NCBI GenBank assembly: GCA_016930135.1
Contig: JAFGHM010000102.1
Coordinates: 1 to 59,092 of the forward strand
Reading direction: 5' to 3'
Length of the DNA stretch: 59,092 bases
Source: Thermoplasmatota archaeon
Lineage (GTDB): Archaea > Thermoplasmatota > Thermoplasmata > UBA10834
The position numbers and the translations under genes were made by a program. The notes under the pieces were generated by a model. The model was not told where the DNA came from, searched no databases, and worked only from the letters and a program-made list of their open reading frames with translations. Shown one piece after another: positions 16,526 to 24,880 of the stretch (position 1 is its first letter; each line of letters opens with the position of its first letter).

Positions 16526-18490
16526 TTACCACCCTCCCCACGGCAGCACGTATAGCATGAACACCAGCAGCGCGATGATGCCGACCACGATCAGGCTGGC
16601 ATATCTCTGGACGTTGCCAGTCTGTGCCTTCCGCATCTTCCCGCCCGTGTTCGCGCCCAAATAGGCGAACCCGTTCACGACGCCGTCGATGACGTACCTG
16701 TCGAACGCATCCGCGACCAGGGAGAACCCGTACCAGATCTTGTACGCGAAGTCGTCATAGAACTGGCTTATGTACCACCTGTTCTCGAGCGCCCTCTGGA
16801 CCTTGCCCGGGAAGCCCTTCGCGAAGACCGACCTGTCGAAGCCGGGCATGCAGTAGAGTCTGTACGCCACCAGTATGCCAGCGATTGCGAGAACGAGCGA
16901 CACGTAAGTGAGGGGGTCGGTGAATATCTCGACCGCGACGTCCATGGGAGACTCGTGGTGGACTCCCTGGAGGAGCCCGTGTATGGAGCCCTCCATGAAC
17001 GTCTTGAAGCCGTCCCCGATGAACAACGCAAACCCCGAGCCCATGGCCAGGGCTGCCAATATCATGAGCGGCACGGTCATCGTCTTGGGGGACTCGTGCG
17101 CGTGGAAGTCCGACCTCTGCTCGCCCGCAAAGGTCATGAACCACATCCTGAACATGTAGAACGCCGTCATGAACGCGGTCACAATGCCCATCACCCACAG
17201 AAGGGTGAAGGTCCAGTCGAACTCCCCTGCGTGCCACACGGCCGCGAGGACCTCGTCCTTGCTCCAGAAGCCGGAGAGGGGAGGTAAGCCCGCGATAGCG
17301 AGCGCTCCTATGAGCATCGTGATTGATGTGATGCGCATCTTCTTGTGCAGGCCGCCCATCAGACGCATGTCGTTCGTGCCGATAGAGTGTATGACGCTTC
17401 CGGCGCAGAGGAACAGGAGCGCCTTGAAGATCGCGTGATTTATCAGGTGGAAGGTCGCAGCAGTATACCCATTCGGGTTACTGGCCTCGATGACCAAGTA
17501 TCCGCCCGCCCCCAGACCGAGGATCATGTACCCGAGTTGGCTGATCGTGCTGTAGGCCAGCACCCTCTTGATGTCGTTCGCGGCCAGGGCGCATGTCGCC
17601 GCCAGCAGAGCTGTCACGCCACCGATCACCGCGACCAACATGAGGCTCTCAGGAGACTGCACCAGAAGCGGATACGACCTGGCTGTCAGGTAGACGCCCG
17701 CCTTGACCATGGTCGCGGCGTGGATGAGGGCCGAAACGGTCGTCGGGCCCTCCATGGCATCCGGAAGCCACTCGTGCAGAGGGAACTGGGCGCTCTTGCC
17801 TATCGCGCCACCGAATATGAGCGCGGTGGCGAGGGTCATCATGTCGGCAGGCACCGCCTGCGTCCCGCCCTCATCGAACAGTGTGACGAAGTCGAGAGTG
17901 CCCACGTACTTGAGCAGGATTATGATCCCTGCCATGAACATGATGTCGCCCACGCGCGTGACTATGAAGGCGCGCTTGGCGGCGCTCGCGGCGGACGGCC
18001 GCTCGTACCAGAAGCCTATCAGGAGGTAGGAGCAGAGGCCGACCAGCTCCCAGAAGATGAACATCTCGATGTAATTGTCGGCCAAGACAAGGCCGTACAT
18101 GACCGATATGAAGAGCATGATCTCCGCGTAGTAGCGTCGTCTGGTCACGCCCTCCTGGTGCATGTATCCTGCCGAGTATATCACGACGAGTGTGCCCACG
18201 ACGGACACGACCACCAGCATCAGTGCCGTGAGCTCATCGATCCAGATGCCAAAGGTGACCGATATGTCCCCGATTATGAGCCAGGTGAACCGGGGCGCGT
18301 CCTCCGGGAGCAACGTCCGGCCATTGATGACTTCCCAGACCACGAGCGCGGAGAGGGCGAACGCACCTGCTGCTCCCGCTATGCCGTACCCACAGCCATC
18401 CTCCCAGCCGAGGGTCCTCTTGGGCAGCAGCGCTATGAGAATGAACGCGATGAAGGGGAAGACCGGTATCAGCCAGGCGTACTCGAGCAT
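16526..18490 (-). CDS. nuoL: complex I/Fpo subunit L
   Basis: WELVGLCSYLLIGFW, GKSAQFPLHEWLPDAMEGPTTVSALIHAATMV. Confidence 0.95.
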   Translation of the reverse strand: MLEYAWLIPVFPFIAFILIALLPKRTLGWEDGCGYGIAGAAGAFALSALVVWEVINGRTLLPEDAPRFTWLIIGDISVTFGIWIDELTALMLVVVSVVGTLVVIYSAGYMHQEGVTRRRYYAEIMLFISVMYGLVLADNYIEMFIFWELVGLCSYLLIGFWYERPSAASAAKRAFIVTRVGDIMFMAGIIILLKYVGTLDFVTLFDEGGTQAVPADMMTLATALIFGGAIGKSAQFPLHEWLPDAMEGPTTVSALIHAATMVKAGVYLTARSYPLLVQSPESLMLVAVIGGVTALLAATCALAANDIKRVLAYSTISQLGYMILGLGAGGYLVIEASNPNGYTAATFHLINHAIFKALLFLCAGSVIHSIGTNDMRLMGGLHKKMRITSITMLIGALAIAGLPPLSGFWSKDEVLAAVWHAGEFDWTFTLLWVMGIVTAFMTAFYMFRMWFMTFAGEQRSDFHAHESPKTMTVPLMILAALAMGSGFALFIGDGFKTFMEGSIHGLLQGVHHESPMDVAVEIFTDPLTYVSLVLAIAGILVAYRLYCMPGFDRSVFAKGFPGKVQRALENRWYISQFYDDFAYKIWYGFSLVADAFDRYVIDGVVNGFAYLGANTGGKMRKAQTGNVQRYASLIVVGIIALLVFMLYVLPWGGW

Positions 18491-18491
18491 C

Positions 18492-18818
18492 CTACCACCT
18501 CAGGATGTTGATCTTGTCAACATCGATAGTCTGGTACCTTCTGTAGACCTCCAGCAGGATGGCCAATCCGACCGCCACCTCGGCGGCTGCAATCGCAATC
18601 GAGAACAGCGCAAACACCTGCCCGGACGCGTCCGCGCCGAGTCCTGGGTGCAGCGTGGTGTAGTATGAGCTGAACGCCACCAAGTTGACGTTCGCCGCGT
18701 TGAGCATAATCTCTATGCACATGAGGACAACGATGGCGTTCTTCCGGGTGAGAACGCCGTACGCGCCAATGGCGAACAGGAGCGAGCTGAAGATGAGCCA
18801 GTACTCTATGTTGATCAT
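18492..18818 (-). CDS. nuoK: complex I/Fpo subunit K
   Basis: [20 protein letters not shown]. Confidence 0.93.
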   Translation of the reverse strand: MINIEYWLIFSSLLFAIGAYGVLTRKNAIVVLMCIEIMLNAANVNLVAFSSYYTTLHPGLGADASGQVFALFSIAIAAAEVAVGLAILLEVYRRYQTIDVDKINILRW

Positions 18819-19060
18819 TCCTCTTCCTCCTCCTTCGCCAGGAAGACGCCGCCCAAGAGAGCGACCAACAATAGCAGGCCTATCAGCAGCACCACGAGAC
18901 CGTAACCTCCGGACTCCGAGTCGCCGAACAGCGTCCAGCCGACGTCCTCGCTCGAGGTGTCATCGACGCTCCCTTCGGGCCACTCGACGGACATGATGGC
19001 GCCGATGAACATGAGGGCGAAAGCGAGGACTGCGATTGCCTGGTAGATGCCTCGCCTCAT
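18815..19060 (-). CDS. nuoJ: complex I/Fpo subunit J, C-terminal half (J2)
   Basis: Two TM helices, VG..LF...[17 protein letters not shown]; position between J1 and K. Confidence 0.8.
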   Translation of the reverse strand: MRRGIYQAIAVLAFALMFIGAIMSVEWPEGSVDDTSSEDVGWTLFGDSESGGYGLVVLLIGLLLLVALLGGVFLAKEEEEE

Positions 19061-19320
19061 CGCTTCTCACTCTCCATGATACCGCGCCTGGTGAGCATGA
19101 TGCCGAATAGGATGACGACTACCACGGCGCCGACATAGACCAGGATCTGGACGATGGCCACGAACTCCGCGCTGAGCATCACGAACATGCATGCGACCGC
19201 GATGAAGCAGGTGGCCAGTGCAATCACGCTGTGCACTATCTCCCTGGCCCGTACGACTAGCAGGGCGGATATGAGCCCTGAAGCGGCCAGGAACAGGAAC
19301 ACGAACAGCTCCCAGGTCAC
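19057..19320 (-). CDS. nuoJ: complex I/Fpo subunit J, N-terminal half (J1)
   Basis: GTG at 19320 overlaps the nuoI stop; AEFVAIVQILVYVGAVVV. Confidence 0.88.
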   Translation of the reverse strand: MTWELFVFLFLAASGLISALLVVRAREIVHSVIALATCFIAVACMFVMLSAEFVAIVQILVYVGAVVVVILFGIMLTRRGIMESEKR

Positions 19321-20228
19321 TTCTTCACCCCCGGCATCTCGATGGCCGCGAACTTGCATGCCCGGAAGCACTTGCCGCATCCGACACACTTCTCGAGAAT
19401 GAAAACCGCCCGCTTCTTCGGCTTGCCCTTCTTGCCATCCTTGAGGACCTTCTCCGTCCCCGGCATCTCCATCATGTAGATGGCGTCTGCAGGGCACGCG
19501 CGCGAGCAGGCACCGCATCCGGTACAGTTGCTCAGCAGGAACTTGGGCTCTGGCATCTCGAAGTACAACTCGTAAACGTCCTTCATCTCGAGGGCCTTCT
19601 CGGGACAGACGATGGCGCACTTCTCGCACCCTGTGCACTTGGCCAGATCGATCTCGGGTCTCGACCTCCCGACCTTCTCGATGGGCATCATAACTATGCA
19701 CGTCTCGGGGCACTCGCCGGTGCACTTCTCGCAGCTCGTGCACTTGGACATGTCCAGGACTGGCAACCTCCGCTTCTGCCTCTCCTCAACGATCCCGTCT
19801 GCGTATGTGTCGTCCCTCAGCTCTCTTGGCCCGTATCTCAGATCCTCCCTTTGGTAGTCAGCAAGCTCGAATTCAACCGTGTGGTGCAGGGCGGCCGTGG
19901 GACAGACCTCGACGCAGAACCCGCAGAACAGGCATCTCCCCATGTCCACGCCGGGCCGCTCTATCTTGCCTAGCTCAGGGTCTTCGAGCTTCTCCATCCA
20001 CATGCAGTCGTTCGGACATATCTGTACGCAGTTCCCGCACCCGATGCACCGCTTGAAATCGAGGGTGTGCTTGCCCCTGTACGTCGGCGGCAGGTCCAAT
20101 ATGTGATACGGATACAGGATCGTGTTCGGCTTCCCCTTGATGAACGACCTGACGAACTGAGTACCCGACCTCAGCATGGGCCTTATGATTAGCCCCTCGG
20201 ACTTCGGAAGCCTCTTCTTGTCGGCCAT
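19317..20228 (-). CDS. nuoI: complex I/Fpo subunit I with polyferredoxin extension
   Basis: TILYP...YRG, CIGCGNCVQICP, CLFCGFCVEVCP plus four further CxxCxxCxxxC motifs. Confidence 0.92.
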   Translation of the reverse strand: MADKKRLPKSEGLIIRPMLRSGTQFVRSFIKGKPNTILYPYHILDLPPTYRGKHTLDFKRCIGCGNCVQICPNDCMWMEKLEDPELGKIERPGVDMGRCLFCGFCVEVCPTAALHHTVEFELADYQREDLRYGPRELRDDTYADGIVEERQKRRLPVLDMSKCTSCEKCTGECPETCIVMMPIEKVGRSRPEIDLAKCTGCEKCAIVCPEKALEMKDVYELYFEMPEPKFLLSNCTGCGACSRACPADAIYMMEMPGTEKVLKDGKKGKPKKRAVFILEKCVGCGKCFRACKFAAIEMPGVKK

Positions 20229-21362
20229 CTAGAACCACCCCATGCTCTTGACGGCCACTGCGATCATCAGGTTGAGTATAGCGAGCGGAAGCAGCCGCTT
20301 CCAGCCGATGTCCAGAATCTGGTCGACCCTGACCCTCGGAAGGGACCACCTGGCCCACTCTATCAATACAAAGACTGTGTATGCCTTGATCAGGAACCAT
20401 ATCGGGTCGGGTAGGAACGCAGGGCCGTGCCATCCTCCGAGGAACAGGGCCGTTGCGAGAGCCCCTCCGATGTAGCCTCTCAGGTATCCTGTCATCATGA
20501 AGAGGCCGAACCGCATCCCGCAGTATTCCGTCGTCCAGCCTTCGACCAGCTCCGCCTCCGCCTCCGGCAGGTCGAAAGGCTGTATCTCCACCTCGGCCGC
20601 GAGACAGACTATGAAGGTGACCAGGCCGATGAACAGGGGGATGCCGAACCATATGTCGTGTTGGGCGGCCACGATGTCCATGAACCCGAAGCTGCCCGCG
20701 AGCAAGAATACGCTGGCGACGGTCAGGAGCATGGGTATCTCGTAGCTCATCATCTGGGCAGCGGACCTCATCCCTCCTATCAGCGTGTACTTGTTGTTCG
20801 AAGACCAGCCCGCGATGAGGATTGAGAACGGGGCGATTGCGAAGAATGCGAAAGCGATAAGCGCGCTCGCCCCCACGCCGGTGCTCGCCAGGTCTGTGTT
20901 GGTTCCCACGTAGAACTGCCTCCCGAGCGGTATCGTGGCCAGAGCGAGGAAGGAGGAGCCCACATAGATCACAGGGCCCAGGAGGAACCCGACCTTGTCT
21001 GCCTTGGCTGGAGTGATTATCTCCTTGACGAAGAGCTTGATGCCGTCCGCGAGGTTCTGGAGCCAGCCTCCTATCTTGTAGCCGACGTAGTAGGGACCGT
21101 AGAAGTCGAACATCCTGCCCATGAACTTCCTGTCGAGCCAGATGAAGTTCAGGACATTGATGAGCGCGATGGCTATGATTATGATCACCTCCAGCAGAAT
21201 CGCCATTACCGCTATGTGCCCGTGCGAAGCTGCGAAGTCGCCCACGGCCGTGAAGAAGTCCCCGAACCACCAGGGCAAGAAGTCGCCCAGCCAGTACCAG
21301 ATGTTGTTGATGAGGTCGACGAGCCAGTGTATGATGCCATAGCAGAAATCGAACAGGTTCAT
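20229..21362 (-). CDS. nuoH: complex I/Fpo subunit H
   Basis: ADGIKLFVKE, SNNKY...GGMRSAAQMMSYE, PFDLPEAEAELVEG. Confidence 0.95.
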   Translation of the reverse strand: MNLFDFCYGIIHWLVDLINNIWYWLGDFLPWWFGDFFTAVGDFAASHGHIAVMAILLEVIIIIAIALINVLNFIWLDRKFMGRMFDFYGPYYVGYKIGGWLQNLADGIKLFVKEIITPAKADKVGFLLGPVIYVGSSFLALATIPLGRQFYVGTNTDLASTGVGASALIAFAFFAIAPFSILIAGWSSNNKYTLIGGMRSAAQMMSYEIPMLLTVASVFLLAGSFGFMDIVAAQHDIWFGIPLFIGLVTFIVCLAAEVEIQPFDLPEAEAELVEGWTTEYCGMRFGLFMMTGYLRGYIGGALATALFLGGWHGPAFLPDPIWFLIKAYTVFVLIEWARWSLPRVRVDQILDIGWKRLLPLAILNLMIAVAVKSMGWF

Positions 21363-21366
21363 GGCA

Positions 21367-22449
21367 TCACCTATCAGTCTCCCCGATGCACATGTCGAGC
21401 CCGCCCATGATTGCGACAACATCGGCCACCTTGTATCCTATGAGCATCCTAGGGGCTGCGGACACGGTCACGAAGATCGGGCTCCTGACCTTCATCCGGT
21501 AAGGCTTGTCGGTGCCGTCCCCGACGATGTACATCATGCCCTCGCCCCTCGGGTCCTCGACCCTGCCCATGCCCGTTCCCACCGGGGCGTTCCTTGGGGC
21601 CACGACCCTCCACTTCCCCTTGGGCATCTTCTGGATTGCCTGCCTTATGATCTTGCAGCTCTCGTACATCTCGTCCATCCTGACCCTGTACCTGGCGTAA
21701 CAGTCTCCGGCAGGATGGACAGCCGGCTGGAAGTCGATCTCCGGGTACACGCTGTACGGCATCTCCTTCCGGAGGTCGTAGTTGACGCCGCAGGCCCTGA
21801 GGGGAGGGCCCGTGACGCCGAGGTTAATCGCGTCCTCCTTCTTCAGAAGCCCAACGCCGACATTCCTCATCATGAAGACCCTCGAGCCCTCGTAAAGGTC
21901 CTCGTACTCCCGGAGCCTGTTCTCTATGTAGGCGCATGCGCGCAGCGAGTCGCGCTCGAAGTTCGGTGGGATGTCGTGCGCGACCCCGCCTATCCTCGGA
22001 TAGTTGTATGTGAGCCTTGATCCTGAGAGCGCCTGGAGCAGGTCGATGAAGACTTCCCTGTCCCTCATCGCGTGCAGGAACCCGAGCATCAGGCCTAGGT
22101 CGGTGGCATATGCCGCCAGCCACATGAGGTGAGACGCTATCCTCTGCATCTCTATCGCTGCGACCCTGATGTACTCGGCGCGCTCAGGCACCTCGACCCC
22201 CATCAGATCCTCGGCGGTCAGGCAGTATAGATGGCTCCATGTGAGCGAAGAGCCGTAGCAGAGCCTGTCGGTGATCGGGATTATCTGAGTGTAGGTCCGG
22301 CCCTCGCATATCTTCTCTATGCCCCTGTGGAGGTATCCGACCTCGGGCTGCGCGTCGACTATGGTCTCCCCGTCGACCTTGACCCGCAGGTTCCAGAGCC
22401 CGTGGGTCATGGGGTGCTGAGGTCCCATGTTGATCCACATCTCGGCCAC
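21367..22449 (-). CDS. nuoD: complex I/Fpo subunit D
   Basis: NMGPQHPMTHG, GYLHRGIEK, DRLCY, C-terminal GETDR; full NiFe CxxC pairs absent. Confidence 0.95.
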   Translation of the reverse strand: MAEMWINMGPQHPMTHGLWNLRVKVDGETIVDAQPEVGYLHRGIEKICEGRTYTQIIPITDRLCYGSSLTWSHLYCLTAEDLMGVEVPERAEYIRVAAIEMQRIASHLMWLAAYATDLGLMLGFLHAMRDREVFIDLLQALSGSRLTYNYPRIGGVAHDIPPNFERDSLRACAYIENRLREYEDLYEGSRVFMMRNVGVGLLKKEDAINLGVTGPPLRACGVNYDLRKEMPYSVYPEIDFQPAVHPAGDCYARYRVRMDEMYESCKIIRQAIQKMPKGKWRVVAPRNAPVGTGMGRVEDPRGEGMMYIVGDGTDKPYRMKVRSPIFVTVSAAPRMLIGYKVADVVAIMGGLDMCIGETDR

Positions 22450-22959
22450 TCAATCACCCCCCTTGAAGTCCTTCCTGAGCGGATGGTAGAGGTAGTCCTT
22501 CGGCAGGAGTATGCGCTCCAGCTTCGGGTGGTTGTTGAACCTGATGCCCATCAGATCGTACGCCTCCCTCTCCTGCCAGTTGGCCCCGCCCCAGACAGAG
22601 GAGACGGAGTCCACGGACGGGTCGTCCTTCGGGGTCGTCGTGATGAGTTCGAGGAGCAGCCTGTGCTTCCAGCTCGCGACGTGGTAGACGACCTCGAACC
22701 GGCCCTCGTACTCCACGGCCGATATCATCGAGATGTGCTCGAAACCGAGGCTGTCCCTGAGGAACACGCAGGCCCCGTGCAGGTCCCTCCGGTCAATCCT
22801 GGCCCTCAAGACGCCCGCCCTGAGCTTCTTGAAGTCCGTGACGGTGGCCGGGAAACTGTCAAGGAGTGCCCTGAAGACCTTCTCTTCGGACACATCGTCT
22901 GCTCCGCCGACGGCGCTCTCCATGCCCTCAGCTGAGCTGCGCTTCCCCCGCTCCTCCAT
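22450..22959 (-). CDS. nuoC: complex I/Fpo subunit C
   Basis: ANWQEREAYDLMGI.F..HP...RILL...HPLRKDF. Confidence 0.93.
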   Translation of the reverse strand: MEERGKRSSAEGMESAVGGADDVSEEKVFRALLDSFPATVTDFKKLRAGVLRARIDRRDLHGACVFLRDSLGFEHISMISAVEYEGRFEVVYHVASWKHRLLLELITTTPKDDPSVDSVSSVWGGANWQEREAYDLMGIRFNNHPKLERILLPKDYLYHPLRKDFKGGD

Positions 22960-22977
22960 CCTGTTACCCCTGCTCCC

Positions 22978-23559
22978 TCACTTCCCTGTCAGAAGTCCTT
23001 TCTTGTTCTCCTTGATCAGATTCTGCAGTTTGATGAACCCGTCAATCAAGGCCTCGGGCCTTGCCGGACAGCCAGGTATGTAGATGTCGACCGGTATGAA
23101 CTGATTCACTCCCGGGACTATGCTGTAGCTCTGCCAGAACGGCCCCCCGGAGATCGCGCACTCACCCATAGCTATGACCCACTTCGGTTCCGGCATCTGG
23201 TCATAGAGCCTCCTTAGGTCAGGCTTCAACTTCTTGCTGACGGGGCCGTTCACAAGCAAGACGTCGCACTGCCTCGGCGTGGAGCGATATATGACCCCGA
23301 ACCTCTGGGCGTCGAACCTTGGAGCGCTCGCGACCGCCATCTCGAGCGCGCAACACATTATTCCGAAATGCAAGGGGTAGATAGAGTTCCTCGTGGCCCA
23401 GTTGAAGAAATCCTTCAGGAGCCAGTCGAGGCCGCTGCCGACGGGCGATCGCTTCAGCACTCCCTCCAGGACTTCATCACACCACTTCAGGAAGTCCTTG
23501 GAACGGAACGCGATGGCCTGGCCGGGCGTCTGCCCGCCGCGCCCCGCCTTCAGATCCAG
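22978..23559 (-). CDS. nuoB: complex I/Fpo subunit B (start probably CTG at 23559; GTG 23460 is the alternative)
   Basis: CCALEM, RQCDVLLVNG, GECAISGG, PVDIYIPGCP. Confidence 0.93.
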   Translation of the reverse strand: MDLKAGRGGQTPGQAIAFRSKDFLKWCDEVLEGVLKRSPVGSGLDWLLKDFFNWATRNSIYPLHFGIMCCALEMAVASAPRFDAQRFGVIYRSTPRQCDVLLVNGPVSKKLKPDLRRLYDQMPEPKWVIAMGECAISGGPFWQSYSIVPGVNQFIPVDIYIPGCPARPEALIDGFIKLQNLIKENKKGLLTGK

Positions 23560-23909
23560 ATTATCTCCTCCTTCTTCAGAGCGTACGTGACGCCGACGAG
23601 GAGTATGCCGAGGAACAGCAGGACGTAGACCTTGGCCAGATCGCCAAGGCCGGAGAACACAAGTGCCCAGAGGAGCACGAAGACGGTGACGAGGTCAAAG
23701 GCCACGAATATGATGGCATACATGTAGTACTGGAAGTGGAACTGTATCTGGGCATCGCCTATGGGCTCCTCGCCGCACTCGTATGTCGTCTGGCCGCGAG
23801 GGTCGTTCCTGTCGTTTCGGAAGTACCTTGACAGAAGGAACACTATGGCAGGGATCAGAATGGCTATGGCCGCGAAAACCGCGACCCCCATGTAATCCTC
23901 TGCAAGCAT
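23550..23909 (-). CDS. nuoA: complex I/Fpo subunit A
   Basis: TYECGEEP.G, QYYMYAIIFVAFD. Confidence 0.93.
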   Translation of the reverse strand: MLAEDYMGVAVFAAIAILIPAIVFLLSRYFRNDRNDPRGQTTYECGEEPIGDAQIQFHFQYYMYAIIFVAFDLVTVFVLLWALVFSGLGDLAKVYVLLFLGILLVGVTYALKKEEIIWI

Positions 23910-23931
23910 CCCTCGTGCATTCCCTCAGATG

Positions 23932-23950
23932 TATAAATCGTTTTTCGATT
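23932..23950 (-). promoter_or_regulatory. BRE/TATA of nuo operon overlapped by an inverted repeat
   Basis: Minus strand AATCGAAAAACGATTTATA, about 23 nt before the nuoA ATG (likely leaderless); AATCG-N5-CGATT palindrome. Confidence 0.55.
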
Positions 23951-24114
23951 CGGAGGAGTCTTCTTCGAACGGTCAGTGGCCACGGGAGGGGGGTCCGTGA
24001 ACAATGCTAGGCTGGCCGTGTTCCGGTTCTCACGTGGCACTTGCTAGCACGTGCATTGCCTGTCTTGCCGGTCCCCTTGGGAATGGTTCCTCCCGGTCTG
24101 TCGCGACGCTACGG

Positions 24115-24708
24115 TCAACGCAGCTTCGCGCCGCACTTAGCGCAGAAGGCCATCGAATGGTCTATCGGAGTGCCACAGACGCCGCAGTTGTTGCCCATCG
24201 GAGGAACGATGCCCGCGCCGGGCCCGGTCATGGCTTGCGGTTCTTTCTTCTTACCCCTCACGACAACCAGGACGACGACGACCACGATGATGACGATGAC
24301 TGCGAGCACGATCAGCATTCCGAGGATGATTGCGTCGCCGAGTTCGTCGAAGAAGCCCGCGCCGAGATTGATGACCTCGACATCGTACTCTATCTCAACT
24401 GGACCCGCGTTCAAGTTGGTCCATACCAGGGTGTATACCCCTCCGTTGTCGACCGTGTACAGCCCGGAGCCAATGGTCCCCGAGCCCGTCCTGAGGTTGT
24501 TCATTGCCTGGTCTCGCAGGACGAACTGGAGCGCTCCATCTGAGTTCCATGAATAGGAGATCGTCGAATCGGCACTCACGGTCATGGTAACCGTGAGTTG
24601 GAGCCCCGCTGGGATCAGAGCGTCTGTAGCTGCGACAGGGCCTGCACAGAGGCCCGCGGTTGCGAGCGTGAGCATCAAGAGCATCAGACTTGCTATGATT
24701 CTCCTCAT
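24115..24708 (-). CDS. type I membrane protein: signal peptide, beta-sandwich (GOLD-like) ectodomain, TM, cytoplasmic zinc ribbon
   Basis: Signal peptide; G.YTLVWTN strand pattern; long Val/Ile TM; CGVC...FCAKCG tail. Confidence 0.75.
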   Translation of the reverse strand: MRRIIASLMLLMLTLATAGLCAGPVAATDALIPAGLQLTVTMTVSADSTISYSWNSDGALQFVLRDQAMNNLRTGSGTIGSGLYTVDNGGVYTLVWTNLNAGPVEIEYDVEVINLGAGFFDELGDAIILGMLIVLAVIVIIVVVVVLVVVRGKKKEPQAMTGPGAGIVPPMGNNCGVCGTPIDHSMAFCAKCGAKLR

Positions 24709-24880
24709 AGTGATCAGACCTGCATCTGGTCTCATGGGATATTAGGTTGTCCATTGCGCGACTCTCGGAGGCTTTCTTTAAGCCGCTCTCTGACAAGGAC
24801 AAGTCACTCCATGGTGCGCGCGAGAACATGGGGATGTGACATGGTAGATACTAATATGCCTGGGTGCGTATGCCCTTCTG

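Noticed and set aside
15050-18511. Long antisense ORFs (482 aa, 388 aa) opposite nuoM/nuoL, and similar ones elsewhere
   Set aside because: Expected shadows of GC-rich coding strands; no recognisable motifs.
19321-19743. Long N-terminal extension of NuoJ
   Set aside because: It is an alternative frame inside nuoI; the real start is GTG 19320.
21367-23559. Membrane-bound NiFe hydrogenase
   Set aside because: The large subunit lacks both complete CxxC motifs.
24265-24310. GAC/GAT trinucleotide-like repeat
   Set aside because: It is the antisense of Val/Ile codons in a transmembrane helix.
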